Assembly (NCBI RefSeq): GCF_009914755.1
Contig: NC_060931.1
Source of the DNA: the human T2T-CHM13v2.0 reference genome, Homo sapiens
DNA length: 64,000 nucleotides
Strand: one strand, 5' to 3'
Shown: positions 19,980 to 36,134 of the stretch, piece after piece
Layout of the letters: every line of letters starts with the position of its first letter
Position numbering within the stretch: position 1 is the first letter of the stretch
Made by a program: the position numbers and the translations under genes
The notes under the pieces: model-generated
The model's input: the letters and a program-made list of their open reading frames with translations, nothing else
What the model was told of the DNA's origin: nothing
Databases searched by the model: none

Positions 19980-20369
19980 CACAGGAGAAAACGACGCTCC
20001 ACACCTTTAACTTCTTCCACACTTCCTTCACAAGCAACAGAGAAAAGCTCCTATTTTCAGACCACCGAGATTTCACTCTGGACGGTGGTGGCCGCTATTC
20101 AGGCTGTGGAGAAGAAGATGGAGTCCCAGGCTGCCCGGCTACAGAGCCTGGAGGGGCGCACGGGGACAGCCGAGAAGAAGCTGGCTGACTGCGAGAAGAT
20201 GGCCGTGGAGTTCGGGAACCAGCTGGAGGGCAAGTGGGCCGTGCTGGGGACCCTGCTGCAGGAGTATGGGCTACTGCAGAGGCGGCTGGAGAACGTGGAG
20301 AACCTGCTGCGCAACAGGAACTTCTGGATCCTGCGGCTGCCCCCGGGCAGCAAGGGGGAGGCCCCCAAG
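19980..20369 (+). CDS. ZNF212: ZNF212 coding exon 2, DUF3669 domain (HRRKRR...[12 protein letters not shown]...[21 protein letters not shown])
   Basis: Acceptor ccatcag at 19979; 390 nt; donor GTAGTC; lies within ORF 19935..20396; typical DUF3669 sequence. Confidence 0.95.
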
Positions 20370-20501
20370 GTAGTCTCATTGAGGATTAAAAGTTAGAAGA
20401 GAAGGGGGAGCCAGCCCTTTAATATGTAAGCACCTCAGTTGCTGGCTTTTCTGTCATAGCTGTGAGTAGAAGCACTCATGGTGTGCCATTGGTGATTCCA
20501 G

Positions 20502-20628
20502 GTGTCCAGGTCACTGGAGAATGATGGCGTCTGTTTCACCGAGCAGGAATGGGAGAATCTGGAGGATTGGCAGAAGGAGCTCTACAGAAACGTGATGGAG
20601 AGTAACTATGAGACACTGGTCTCTCTGA
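20502..20628 (+). CDS. ZNF212: ZNF212 coding exon 3, variant KRAB-A ([42 protein letters not shown])
   Basis: Canonical 127-nt KRAB-A exon with ttccag acceptor and GTGAGT donor. Confidence 0.95.
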
Positions 20629-20741
20629 GTGAGTAGCAGTTTTCTCCCTAGAATTCTGTCTCAGACATACTACAATTCCTGGCTGGCAGCCTGTAATTCA
20701 GACCACACCTGTGGCTCCTGTGGCTGTGGGTCCTCTGTCGG

Positions 20742-20837
20742 CCTGCACGGGCAGAGAAATGCCAGTCTCTAGGTCCTCCCATTTACAGACCTGCACGGGT
20801 GGAGAAATGCCAGTCTCTAGGTCCTCCCATTTACAGA
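20742..20837. repeat. 48-bp tandem duplication
   Basis: CCTGCACGGG(CA/TG)GAGAAATGCCAGTCTCTAGGTCCTCCCATTTACAGA, two copies. Confidence 0.92.
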
Positions 20838-20931
20838 GACTTTTGGAAAGCTCGCAGCATTGTGCCTTTTGTGTTTTTTTTTTTTTTTCCCTGTGGTCAC
20901 ATAGTCTGTTCTTGATAGTATTTTCTAATAA

Positions 20932-21240
<309 letters not shown>

Positions 21241-21287
21241 TGATCTGCCCACCTCAGCCCCCCAAAGTGCTAGGATTACAGGTGTGA

Positions 21288-21482
<195 letters not shown>

Positions 21483-21496
21483 TAAATTTTTTGTAG

Positions 21497-21643
<147 letters not shown>

Positions 21644-22528
21644 TGAGATGGGTGTGGTAGCTCACATCTGTAATCCCAACACTTTGGGAGGCCAAGGTGG
21701 GAGGATAGCTTGAGGCTAGGAGTTCGAAATCAGCCTGGTCGACATAGTGAGATCTCTGTTGCTTAAAAAAAAAAAAAAAAAAAAAAGATGATTTGATAAC
21801 CCTATGTTACCTTGGATGAGGCAGGCAGCACAGGCTGATCAAAAGCATTTTCTTGGTGTTTGGCCGGAATTATAGCTGGTCATTGTGGTCTCAGTGATTT
21901 TTTCTTGTTGATTAGGAGTGCTGCTTAATAGATATAAGTCTTTATATGCAAAATGTTACCTATTACATAATAAATGTGTTTTGTTTGGTAGACAAAGTCT
22001 TTTAAAACCTAGGTACATGGAGGAGTGTCAAGTGCCTGGAGCAGAGTAGGAGGTAAAGGAAATAGAAAATGGGCCAGAAAAGTGACCTTGTAAGCTTGGT
22101 TGGGTCACATGCTCTCATTGTGACTGTTTCCTTGTCTGTCCCAGTGCCCATCTTACCTTGCAGTGCCTTAGCAAGGATGAAATTAGATCCCCTGAAAGGA
22201 AGCATTGGCAAGACTTAAGCTGCACGCACATGGAGAGGCAGAGGTGGGTGGTGGTGCCATCAAGGGCAGTGGTAGCTCTGTAGCCTGCCTGCCTGAGCCA
22301 CAGCCCCTCTAATGGAGGAGCACTGGAGGCAGCAGCTAGCCAAGTCAGTTGTTATGATTGGCCAGAATTTTATAATTGTCCCAAACTGCTAGGGGAAACT
22401 GACAAGAACAGTAGCCTTTGAATCTATATTTCCTCCCTGCCATTGGTCATCTTGGTCACTGGCAGCTGATCAGTGTGCAGTGAGCTTTCACTCTCTCCTG
22501 GGCTCACACTGTGCTGTTTCCCACCCAG

Positions 22529-22618
22529 AGGTCCTTGGCCAGACAGAGGGAGAAGCGGAGTTGGGTACAGAGATGCTGGGTGACTTGGAAGAGGAAGGTC
22601 CTGGTGGTGCCCACCCAG
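22529..22618 (+). CDS. ZNF212: ZNF212 coding exon 4 ([30 protein letters not shown])
   Basis: 90-nt phase 1-1 exon; ccacccag acceptor and GTGAGT donor; keeps frame between exons 3 and 5. Confidence 0.9.
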
Positions 22619-23381
22619 GTGAGTGGCTCTGGAATATTCTGTTCCCCTTCCATAGCCCTCTGTAGCCTAGAGTGAGCTTTCCCACGGCTGAAGTGCCAGG
22701 TGCTGACTTGGTGACCTCATCTGGCATCTGCTTGTTCTGGACTCCTTTATGATTGTCGTTAGTTCAGCTGTTACATATGCCTCAACTCCTACCACCCTGT
22801 GGGGTCTTTAAGACTAACGGCCACATCAATCATTATTCTTCATGCCCTACAGAATAGAGTACCGTACGAGGCGGTAGTCAAAACCTGCTGGAGATTGAGC
22901 GTAGGTATGTCAGAGCTTCAGGAGGGAAGGCAGTGCAGGAAAAGCACTTGTCAGTAGGTAATTTGGGAGGTTATGGAGGAAGAACAGAGCTGGACATGAA
23001 TTCTTAAGCTGTAGGTTTAGTTTGTCTTTAATCATTCAAATTTGTTATTTTAACACTCTTAATTGAGTATAGTTGTTACAGTGTATTCTGTCATTTTTCA
23101 CAGGGATTAAATATAAATTTGTAGACAAGCTTGGAGAACTATCATTTACAGTATTGTTTTATAAGAGTAATACATTTATATTTCCAATCAACATTGGAAA
23201 AACTGTACATGAATATAGTTTTATAGAAGTCTTGGAACCTAGCCAGTGTCATCCTCCTCCACGTTATCCTAATTCACTTATTCCTGGGGTGCTTCTGAAA
23301 TTCACAGATGTTTGTTTGGTCCTGAAGAAACCAAAGGTACTAGAATGTGATCTTTTTTGTTGGTCTTCTTCCACTTTGCAG

Positions 23382-24238
23382 CAGGTGGGGTCATGATCAA
23401 ACAGGAGCTACAGTATACACAGGAAGGCCCTGCGGATCTTCCTGGAGAGTTCTCATGCATTGCTGAAGAGCAGGCTTTCCTGAGCCCAGAGCAGACCGAA
23501 CTCTGGGGTGGTCAGGGCAGTTCTGTCCTCTTGGAAACAGGTCCTGGGGACTCTACTCTAGAGGAGCCTGTTGGTAGTAGAGTTCCTAGCAGCAGCAGAA
23601 CTGTGGGCTGCCCGAAGCAGAAATCTCATAGGCAGGTACAGCTGGACCAGGAATGTGGGCAGGGCCTGAAGCTGAAAAAGGACACTTCCCGCCCCTACGA
23701 ATGTTCTGAGTGTGAGATCACCTTCCGCTATAAGCAGCAGCTGGCCACACATCTGCGCAGCCACTCTGGGTGGGGGTCTTGTACACCTGAGGAGCCAGAG
23801 GAGAGCCTTAGGCCCAGGCCACGGCTGAAACCACAGACCAAAAAGGCCAAGCTGCATCAGTGTGATGTGTGCCTGAGGAGCTTCAGCTGCAAGGTGAGCC
23901 TGGTGACCCATCAGCGTTGCCACCTGCAGGAGGGGCCCAGTGCCGGCCAGCATGTCCAAGAGAGGTTCTCACCCAACAGCCTGGTTGCCCTGCCTGGCCA
24001 CATCCCTTGGAGGAAAAGCCGGAGTTCCCTCATCTGTGGTTACTGTGGCAAGAGCTTCAGTCACCCATCTGACTTGGTGCGGCACCAGCGCATCCACACG
24101 GGTGAGCGGCCCTACAGCTGCACTGAGTGTGAGAAGAGCTTTGTCCAGAAGCAGCACCTCCTGCAGCACCAGAAGATCCACCAGCGGGAGCGGGGTGGGC
24201 TGGCCCTGGAGCCCGGAAGGCCCAATGGCCTGCTTTAA
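23382..24238 (+). CDS. ZNF212: ZNF212 last coding exon with four C2H2 zinc fingers
   Basis: ORF 23357..24238 with four CxxC..H..H fingers and a TGERPY linker. Spliced CDS 24+390+127+90+857 = 1488 nt = 495 aa plus stop. Confidence 0.95.
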
Positions 24239-25395
24239 GGGTGCAGCCCCTCGCCCGTCTGGGGGATGGAGGGGGGTGGCATTGGTTCCCCCGAAGAGAC
24301 ACTGCAGTCAGGGACTGAGTTCTTCCTGAGGGCAGTTGTTTGTGATTGCCTTCCCTTGTCCCAGTACCAAGCCAAGCCCAAAGGCTGTCCTGAAAACCCT
24401 GTGGAAGAAGAGTCCAGGCCAGGTCTTCATCCTGCTGCCAAGTTTGCTGTTTCTTGGCACCTTCAGGTCTCTGGTTTTCTCATTCATGCCAATGCTTGTG
24501 GGCTGGGGTTGGCGTTCTGACCCCACAGGGACTGGTGGCTGGTTCCAGGGCTCGTCCCGGCATTTCATGTCTTCCCACGGGGTTGAGTCGGGCCATAGGG
24601 GTGAGCAGCTGCCTGGAAGAGTTCTGGGAAGTATAACCCTCCATTTTTTCTTGTTTTATAATCTCTTTGTTTAATAATAAGTAGAAGAAATAATTTAAAT
24701 GAACTGCTTAGCCCTGCTCTGAATAACCTTTTTTGGAATTAGATTTTAGTTGATTTTTTAAAGAATACAGCCCAACACTTGTTTTTTACATTTTAAGAGT
24801 TGTAGAAGTTGTTCCTAACTTGGGGACTGGACCTACCCTCTAGGAGGGAGTTGTTAATGGGGCTCTTTTAGCCCACTGATGCTTACTTAGGCCGGAGAGC
24901 AGGGGACACGGTGCTAGGTTCCCTCGTGCAGTGCCTGGTGCTCTCAAATTGTCTCAAAAGGACCAAGAGGAAAAGAGTCGGAGGGGTAGACCCTGCAGCC
25001 CCTGTTGAGAAGAAAGATTCCAGTGAAGTTGCTGATGGTATGGCCGTGGTCTGGGACTTGCGGTGTCTCGGCATACCCCTCTCCTCTTCCCACCTCCTCC
25101 TGGCTATGTTCTGCAGCCTCCCAGAGTAGAAAACTACTTTGTTACTTAAGGTTGTTCACCTTGTACCAGTGGTTATTTGAGTTTGTTCCTATTACACCAA
25201 TCCTTACTTGAGGTGGTTCGGATTACAGTTTCCAAATGCATTCTGGGATTGCCTATTCCAGAGAGGGTACAGAAAAAGCACACAGATGGCTTGTCTCAGG
25301 AGTGTTGAATGTGTGCCCCGCTGCTGTCTGGGGGGATGGGAGTGGGCTCTGGGGTCATATGTGAACATCCCCTTGGATGATTTGCGGTTGCTTAG

Positions 25396-25401
25396 AATAA
25401 A
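25396..25401 (+). terminator. ZNF212: Probable ZNF212 polyadenylation signal AATAAA
   Basis: First canonical AATAAA noticed after the stop, ~1.15 kb downstream, followed by an A-rich stretch and T/GT-rich sequence. Confidence 0.7.
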
Positions 25402-25951
25402 ACTTGCTACTAGCAAAAGAAAAAAAAAAAGTTCATACTGGATGTTTTTCTCCGTTTGTCAAGAACACTCTCCTGGGGCCAAGGTGGAGGAGAGGCACCT
25501 GACCTGGAGTGATGACAGGGAAGGACTGATGGCACAGCCTAACCTGCACTTTTACTTAAACCTAGGACAGAAGACAAGATGTGGCATGGGTGAAAATTTT
25601 CAGGGGACTGTACTTATGATGGTGGAGAGCTGGAGACAGTCTGGGTGATGGCTATTGGGAGGTAGAAAGAGTAGGTGAAATGTGGGTACCCCAGGGAGTG
25701 CCAGGTAGCTGTTACGAGCATTGGCTTAGATATATGCGTAGCCATCTGGATCCATCTTAAACACAATGCCGAGGGGAAAAGGTAAGAAATTGAGATCTAT
25801 AATGTAACACCATTTATATAAATTAAAAATGCATGTACACAAAACATTTTGTAAGAACACTTGGGACCAAAGGAGACCCGTTAAAAGACATTACAGTTTT
25901 CCACGGGGAGAGCGAGCAAATAAGTAGAAGGAAACTTGGCTTGCTGTAAGG

Positions 25952-26256
25952 CAGGGGTCCCCAACCTTTTTGGCACCAGGACTGGTTTCGTGGAAGACAG
26001 GTTTTCCACAGACAGTGGTGGGGGACGGGATGGTTTTGGAATGAAACTGTTCCACCTCAGATCATCAGGCGTTAGATTCTCATAAGGAGCGCACAACCTA
26101 GATCCCTCGCGAGCACAGTTCACAATAGGGTTCATTCTATGAGAATCTAATGCCGCCGCTGATCTGACAGGAGGCAGAGCTAACCTGCTGTGTGGCCTGA
26201 TTCCTAACAGGCCATGGACCAGTACTGATCCACAGTCCAGGGGTTGAGGCCTCCTG
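25952..26256. mobile_element. MER1-type (hAT-Charlie) DNA transposon
   Basis: TIRs CAGGGGTCCCCAACC ... GGTTGAGGCCTCCTG; 8-bp TSD CTGTAAGG/CTATAAGG. Confidence 0.85.
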
Positions 26257-28606
26257 CTATAAGGTATGGGATTGTCTTGTTACAGAAACAACATGGAGGG
26301 AATCCTTGTAGGGCTGGCGCTGTGTGAGGTGGGTAGGTAGCTTCGTCAGGAAAACCTTTGCAGTTTCTTTCCTGTTTCTTCTGCAGTTTTTTCTTACCCT
26401 CAAGCCTTTGCCTTATAGACACCCCCTCTGTCCTGTCCTTAGTTACTCTTACTTCCCAATTGTTGAGCGTTTTAATGTGAGCAGCCTTGGGCCTTGTGTT
26501 GTGGGGAAAAGCGAAGCACAAAATATGGTCCTACTTCTCCAATAAAGTTAAGTTTTCCTTGAGGCTGGGAAATAATTGTATCAAGCAATTGGACTCCTGC
26601 TGACACTTGTTGAATACTTGTGTGCTAGGCACTATTCAAATTATTTCCATGAAAACAAATCCTTACAGTTTTGGGTGGTGAGCATGATTTTACCTAGTTT
26701 TCCGTATGAGATGTGGGAGGAGGCCTGAGAAGTGAAGTAAGGTGGCAGAGGTGATGGAAACCCAGAGCATCTTGCTTCCGAGCCACACACTTGGCTGTGG
26801 GGTGGTGGTGCTTCTGCAGTTAGGAACTCAGTGTCAAAGCTGGATCCTGTGTCCTGAAGTGTGGGCTCTCTGCTGGCAGCAGCGGCATCCCCTAGGAGTG
26901 TGAAATGGTGCAGACTCAGGCTCCACCTAGACCCCCGAGTCAGAATCTGCATCTCAGCAAGCTCCCCAGGTGATTCTGTGCATGCAGAGGCACTCTCTTA
27001 TGGTATACGAAAGATTCGCCTCTTCTTGTCTGCTTCTGCCATCCTCCATTGAAAGCCTGTTCTGCCAGGTGCTGAGGAGAAAACAGGAAATGCACTGTCA
27101 GAAGGACAGGGATGATCAAGTTAGAAAGATTGAAGTCAACAGGGAAGAATTAAATGCCAAATATTAGTGACTCATCTATCCTGCCTTTTCTATCCTTTCT
27201 GTTCCCACAGTTAAGGTCCTAGTCATCATTCATCCAAACTTTTCAGTAACCAGTAGGTCTTCTGCTCTTAATCACATCCTTTTTGATTCCAGAGTTAATG
27301 TCCTTGCACACAACTGGATGTAGACTTTCCTCAAAACCTTGCAATGGCTTTTAGCAGCTACTGATAATGAGCAGTCTTTTTAGTATAGAACTCAAGACTC
27401 TGAAAACCTGCGTCACCCTGCATTTTTTCTGTTTTCACTCTATGCTGCTGCCACATTGGGCTTCCTGTCATTCATTCATTCATTCATTTATTTTTTTTAA
27501 AAAATTTTTGAGACAGAGTCTCTGTTGCCCAGGCTGAGTGTGCCATCACAGCTCACTGCAGCCTTGACCTCTTGGGCTCAATGGATGCTCCCATCACAGC
27601 CTTCCAAGTAGCTGGCACTACAGGTGTGCACAAACCATACCCAGCTGATTTTTGTACCTTTTGTAGAGACAGGGTCCCACTATGTTGCCAGGCTGATCTT
27701 GAACTCCTAGGCTCAAGTGATCCTCCTGCCTCAGCCTCCCAAAGTGCTGGGATTACAGCTGTGAACCACCACGTCTGGCCTCCTGTCTTACTGAATAAGC
27801 CATGCTCTCTCCCTCTCTCTGCAGTGTCCTTCTCTGAACCAAACACTATTTTTCACTGTTTTGGCTTATAAGTTCCTTCTGTGAAAGCTTCCCTCATCCA
27901 TTTCTTTCATTGAACAAATACATATTGAGTCCCTGTTATCTAGACACTATTTTAAATACACATCAATGAAAAAAAAGATCTTTGCCCTTATTGAGTTTAT
28001 GTTCTTTCAAAATCAGTTTTCTTCCTTTACTGCACCTTTGCACAGCCCTTTCCTAGGTGAGGACAGTATTCCATTCTGCCTTAGAGTTTGTTCACTCACA
28101 AATATCTGAGTATCCTCCCTGTGCAGAATTCTACAGAGGGGTACAGGGATAAATCTTGCTCTTGGACTTACAGGCTACTAAGGGAATATAAGATAGAATA
28201 GTAATGTCTTCAGATAAGTGAGGGTAAAAGGCTTTAAGCATTCAGAGAACAATTATTTTAGATGTGAGACATTAGGGAAGACTTCGTGATAGGTGGTATT
28301 TGAACTGGCCTTTTAAGGATGGGAGGAAGGACATTCTAAATGGAGGTGACATGACCAAGTCAGGAGACATTATGGGACATGTACAGAAGAGGAGTTCATC
28401 CAATTTCGGGAGGGTGGAGTGTGAGAAGGAGAGTAGTGGGTGTTAAGAGTTGGGTCAGGCTTCAAGGAGTCTGGATTTTATTCGGTTGATAATGGGGAGC
28501 TGAAGAATTTTGAGCAAAAGAGTGACCTGATTCTAGCTGTGATTTGGGAATACTAATAAGAATTATACTGTGCTTTTTGGGGGGTGTGAGGTTTGGGATA
28601 TGTTAG

Positions 28607-29042
<436 letters not shown>

Positions 29043-29597
29043 TCAGGAGGGACCATGTCTTACTCCTATCAGCCTCCACAGCTCTCAGCACAGGTGCTTG
29101 GCACATAGGTGCTCAGCAAATGTTTGCTGAATGAGAAAGTATAATGGGTGTTCACAGAATAGAGAGCTGGGTGTTGTCTGAAATAGAGAAGGCTTCTATG
29201 GAGGAAGTGGGATTTGGCTGTACTTCTGGTCTCCCTCTACTAATGCTTCCGTTCCTAACATCTTTATAATTCTGTGTGGGTCCACCTCCTAATCTAAATT
29301 ACATTCCTGGCTTGGAGGATGAGGGAGCCACAGGAATTCTGTCTCTGACCTGCCACTATCTCTTGGCTGAGGATGTTCTGGTGGGGACAATGGCACTTGA
29401 GTGTGCTGACCTCTTGTTGAGTGACCCTGGGTACTACTTTGGTGGCCCTCAAATTGTGACAACCCTACCTTCTGCAGGTGGAGTCACCCTTGTTACTCCA
29501 CGGACTGGGCCTCCACTGGATGTTGTCAGTTCACCCAGAGATAATCAGGTCCTGGAAATCTGATCCCCCAAAAAACAAACTCACAAGAGACAGATTA

Positions 29598-29935
<338 letters not shown>

Positions 29936-30062
29936 TCAGAGCTGGCTTGACACCCCGGCTGGTCTGCTCAGAAACCACATTATGGTGCAAAGTGTTCGTT
30001 TATTAAATATATTTATAAAATCTGAGCATGGGAATGGGAGGTAGCTGTGGGACCCTGATAAA

Positions 30063-30261
30063 CAGTGCCAAGGTTTTCGAACTGTGATCACCAGACCAAT
30101 AGAATCAGCATTTCTTGGGAACTAGTTAGAATTGCAAATTCGCATCACTTTCATCCCCTCCTGTTTCAGACCTAGAAATGTTGAGGTTTGTGCCTAGCAT
30201 CCTGTATTTTTAACAAGAACCCTCAGTGAACATGATGCACACTGAAGTTTGAGTACCACTG
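30063..30261. mobile_element. MER5A-like DNA transposon remnant (another at ~26840-26990)
   Basis: CAGTG...CATTTCTTGGGAACTAGTTAGAATTGCAAATT...GAAGTTTGAGTACCACTG. Confidence 0.6.
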
Positions 30262-30415
30262 ACTTAGAGAAACTTTTTTTCTAAAAAACGAAGACTAGCT
30301 GTCAAACATTATAGCACTCTTTCCTCAACAGAGCTCATTAAATCCTAGCATTTTTGTCTCCAGCCCATTTTCCTGACCCTTTCTTTCTTTCTTTTTCTTT
30401 TTTTTTTTTTTTTGA

Positions 30416-30616
<201 letters not shown>

Positions 30617-31569
30617 TGATCCATCCGCCTCAGCCTCCCAAACTGCTGGGATTACAGGCATGAGCCACGGCTCCTGGCCCATTTTCCTGACCCTTTCTGT
30701 TTGCATTGGACCTTAACTGTTATTCTATAACGTCACCATTTACTGGTATTTTATAATCCTGAATAGATTGGACTGATCCCTGATAAGATCCTAGGGATGC
30801 TCTTAATGTCTTTAGTGCATACTTGCAGTTTGTGTCTTAGATTGGGATAGTTCAACAAGAATTTCCAAAATGAATAATGCCAAATATTTATTTGATTTGT
30901 TACCTTAAAGTAACACGTCCTAACCTTTCCGCAAATTTTGGGGTTCACCTTACTTAGGATATCAGTTTGTGTTTTTTCTGATAGTTGACCACGCTTTTGC
31001 TTGGCTCAAATATTTGTGAAAATAACTTCTCACCCTCACCCTCCCCCCCCAAAAAAGAAAAAACCAAAACCAAAAAACCCCAAACAAACCCAAACACAGA
31101 AAGAAACAAAACTGCAGATTTCTAGCGGGAAGTTTGCCAGCTTGTTGGACAAAGACTGTGAGATGAATGGGAAATGCAGAAAAGACAGAAAACAAAGCTT
31201 CAACTGCATACAGCACATTTAGTTCAATATGCCTCAGCACAGGCCGAGGAAAATGGGTCCTGCGGTTTATTCAAGATGCCTCAGGGCCTAAATGAGGGAT
31301 GGACTGATTCACACTTGCTGTGATCTCAGCCTGGACCAAAGCTACAGAAGGGTCCTCGTGGGTGGCTGAGGACTTTCACCAGGCGGGCCCCGGGAGGAGG
31401 AAGGGACCCCAGAGTCCTCAGGAGGGGAGGGCAGGCTTAGGAAAAAAAAAAAAAATCCTACCATCTTCACGTTTGTTCTGTCAAATTTAAAAGAGACTTT
31501 AAAAACGTTCATGTAAGTTTCCCTGGCTTCTCCCTGGGTACACACGTATCCTTTTTACTTTCCCCAACT

Positions 31570-32620
31570 CAGTTCTGTGGTGCGTGGGAGGCGCTGCAAC
31601 AGAGTCTCGGTCCGGACTGGAGCCCCGGCGAGGGCCGACCCCGTTCCCCACGCAGCTTTCCCTCGCGAGGTTTCGCACTTTCCAGCGCGGTTCCTTCCCG
31701 CAGCCCTCCCGGCTCCCGCGTGGGACGCAGAGAGAGGTTGGGCGCCGCGCTGGCCCGGGAGTGGCTTACGCCTGACGTAGCCCCGCTGGAGGCCGTGGCA
31801 CGCCCGCCCTGGCGTCAACTCCCGCGCCCCGGGTGAGGGTGGGTGGCCGCGCCTGGGTCCCGGACGCCGCGGGCGCTGAAGGCCTCGGGAGGGCGCGGGG
31901 CGGCGGCCGCGGGCGTGCGGTCCTACGGGCTGCAGGGGGCGCTGTGCGCGTCCTCAAGCTCGGCCGCCGAGCGCAGCTCTTTTTTAAAGGGCCAGCGGGG
32001 CACGTGGCTCGGGACGCAGTTCGCTGCCGCCCGGCAGTAGCTCTCAGGTTAGGCGGGTCCCGCTCCGCTTCCGCCGTCGCTGCCGCGCCGCCCCGGGCCC
32101 GACAGGCCGGGTCCAGGGACTGCAACCCAGCGAGGGACGCGGGCAGCCATGGCCGAAGCGGCGCCTGCCCGGGTAAGCGCCCTCGGCCCCGCGGACGCCC
32201 GGAAGGCCCAGGCCGCCGCCGCGTGAGCCCGCGCGAGGGACTCTGGCCGCGCGAGGCCGCGGGGTGAGAGGGCCTTGCGCGCAGCCTCCGCGCTCGTTGC
32301 CCCCGGCCCATCGCCCAGCCCGCGTCGAAGGCATTGACCGGGCGGCCCAAATGCCAGGCCCGGCGGGCGGGGCCCCGACGTCAGCGGCTGACGATCCGGC
32401 CCATCTGCGGCCTCAGCCAGGCCGGGCCCCAGAGTCACGCTCGGCGACGAGGAGGCCGCGCCTTAGGAGCATTGTCCCATTTGAGGCCTCGCGGCCCCCC
32501 CCACAGCAGGCTGGGCGGGCAGGGGCCGCCAGCCCCACGGGACAGTAGCGGAGGCTGAGATGGGAAGGGACAGGCCCAGGGTCACGCATCTATTAGAGGC
32601 GGGAGCCTCACGCCGGGGCA
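31570..32620 (+). promoter_or_regulatory. ZNF783: CpG-island promoter/first exon of ZNF783
   Basis: Very high CpG density; TATA-like TTTTAAAG at ~31982; E-box CACGTG at 32001-32006; ATG at 32149. Confidence 0.85.
32149..32172 (+). CDS. ZNF783: ZNF783 coding exon 1 (MAEAAPAR)
   Basis: gccATGG Kozak, 24 nt, donor GTAAGC; paralogous to ZNF212 exon 1. Confidence 0.93.
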
Positions 32621-32746
32621 GGGATTTTGGAATTAGACACTTTAAAACGCCTCATATTCTACTTTTGCCAAAGAGAAAGATTGTGTCGTTTACAAGAGAG
32701 ATAGTAGATTTTTTTAAAAAAGATTACTGTAGCAGATTTTATTTAA

Positions 32747-33055
<309 letters not shown>

Positions 33056-33067
33056 TAATTAAAAAAG

Positions 33068-33078
33068 TATATATATAT

Positions 33079-33128
<50 letters not shown>
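33068..33128. repeat. (TA)n(TG)n(TA)n microsatellite
   Basis: Read directly. Confidence 0.9.
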
Positions 33129-34414
33129 TTTTTTTTTAGACACAGTCTCACTCTCACCCAGGGTGGAGTGTAGTGGCGGGATCTCATCTCACTGCAACCT
33201 CTGCCTCTGCCTCCCGGGTTCAAGGTATTCTCCTGCCTCAGCCTCCCAATCCCAAGTAGCTGGGATTACAGGCGCAGGTGCCTGTCTCATTTATATCTAT
33301 CTATCTATCTGTCCAGATACATATCTATATGAATAAGTTTATTCATAAGAATACACTATAAGTATTCCTATACAGAATTTTTCTCCTGGAGAAGGAAGAA
33401 TCACATCAGTTTTTTTGGCATCTTCATCTATATAAGTTAGGCCAGTTTAGCAGATTTTAGAATCTTGGTTTGATATAGTGCAGTATGTCCAATTGGGAGA
33501 TTATAATCCTTTGGCCATTTTTGACATACTGGAAAACGCTTGTAAAGGCTCAATAGATAATACCTACTATTATTAATACACCTCAGTGAAGGTTTTGAAA
33601 CCTTGATTTTTCTGGATACTTTTATTAAAGTATAACTTCCTCTCCCTCCTCTTAGTGAGTGTGCTGAGCTTCTTTTTGGGTTCCCTGAGTGCAAGGGAGA
33701 GAAAAAGCGTTGAGGATTCTGCAGGTTTATAGTCCTGTTCCCTGGGAAGAGGGGGCCCTAGAAGGTGACATCATCCACTCCCCCTAGCCTGGGGCTCACT
33801 GCTTCACTACCTTTCAGATCACTCCTGTCCACCTGCTCCTCCCTTCTTGCAGCACTTGAGATCCCAAAAAACTCCCCAAAAGGGACAGATTTGCCCTGGA
33901 CTCTTGTTAGCCCATCCTATCACACTGTTGTTGTTTATAAGTATTCCTATACAGAATTTTTCTCCTGGAGAAGGAAGAACCACATCAGTTTTTTCTTCAT
34001 CTTCACTGTACATTTACTATGATAGGTGTTCAGTAATTGTTATTGAATGAATGAAGCAATTATAGATTACTAGTGCTAAGGGGGAGGGGCAGTGAAAATC
34101 TCTAGGATGCGTTGTCTATGCTAGAATCTTAAAAACGAGAGAGACTCAGGCATACAGAGGATGCATATTGAGAGCTGATGTGAAGTTGGAGGAGGGCCGG
34201 GTGGGTCCTCGGAATCCACAGGAGGCTGGCATGGCTGGAGCACGACAGGAACTGGATGGCTCAAGGTCAAGAGAGGTCGGCTGGGCCATGAAGAAGTCTA
34301 GATCTTATGCCAGGTACACTGGGAAGCTATTGAAGAGTTTTAAGCAGGGTACTGAAATGATCTATTTGTGTTTTTAAAAGATTACCAGGCCGGGAGCAGT
34401 GGCTCACTGACTCA

Positions 34415-35076
<662 letters not shown>

Positions 35077-36134
35077 TCAGATACCAGGGTAAGCTGAGGC
35101 ACTTGAGAAGCTTTTTCCAAGGCACTGAAGGACAATGGAATAAAAGAGGTGGAGGTTAAAAAAAAGGCCATATGAACTATTTATACCATATCCCTGAGCT
35201 GGAACCATCACCATAATCACTGTCATTGTCTCAGTCTGCTCAGGCTGCCTTGGTTCCCGGCAGGGCTCTTTTCCTGGTTTGCAGACGGCTGCCTTCTCAT
35301 TGTATCCTCACGTGGCATACAGCAAGATCATCTCCCTTGTGTCTCCTCTTACAAGGGCGCTAATCCTATTTATGAGGGCTCTGCCTTCATGGCCTAATTG
35401 CCTCCCAGAAGCTCCACCTCCAAATACCGGCATATTGGGGATTAATGCTTCAGCAGATGGATATTGAGGGAGACACAAGCATTCATTCCATAGCAGTCAG
35501 TGTCATCTTAGCCCTGCAACATGGGGCTCATGTTTATTATCTGTGCTGTGCTACACATTGTACTAAGTGCTTTGTACACAGATTTTTCTTAATTCTCTCA
35601 GTGCTATTGTATAGGTACTATTATTATCTCCATTTTCTAGATAGGGAAGGGAAGTTGGAAGCTGTTGAAAACACCTTGCCCACAGTTGGCCAGCTTGTAA
35701 GTGGCAGAGCTGAGTTGCACCTGGGCTGTCCACTGGGGAGTCATGTTCTCTGTGCCACAAAGCCTTGTCCTTTCATTTTTAGAAGAGGAAACAGACCCAA
35801 GAAGGGGAGTCACTTGTTTGAGACTGCACGTGGTTGCTCAAGCCTGTGGGGCATGCCCCGTCTCCATAGCTAGCCTGTAGGACAGGAGCCGGGGCTGTTT
35901 TTCTTCCACTTTCCCACTTGCTGACACGTTGGTCCAGCCACTATCTCTTGTATCAGTTAGGCTGGATTCCTAACTGATACCCTAGCCTCTCCCTCTCCCC
36001 CCCAGTCTGCTGCTAACTCAGGAGCCCAGATGGGACTTTACCATGGCAGGTGTCATTTCCGAAGTGTGTTTTTGAGGTGGAAGTTTTGATTGTATAATTC
36101 TCATAACATCTCTCTTTTCTCTTCTTGTGAGCAG

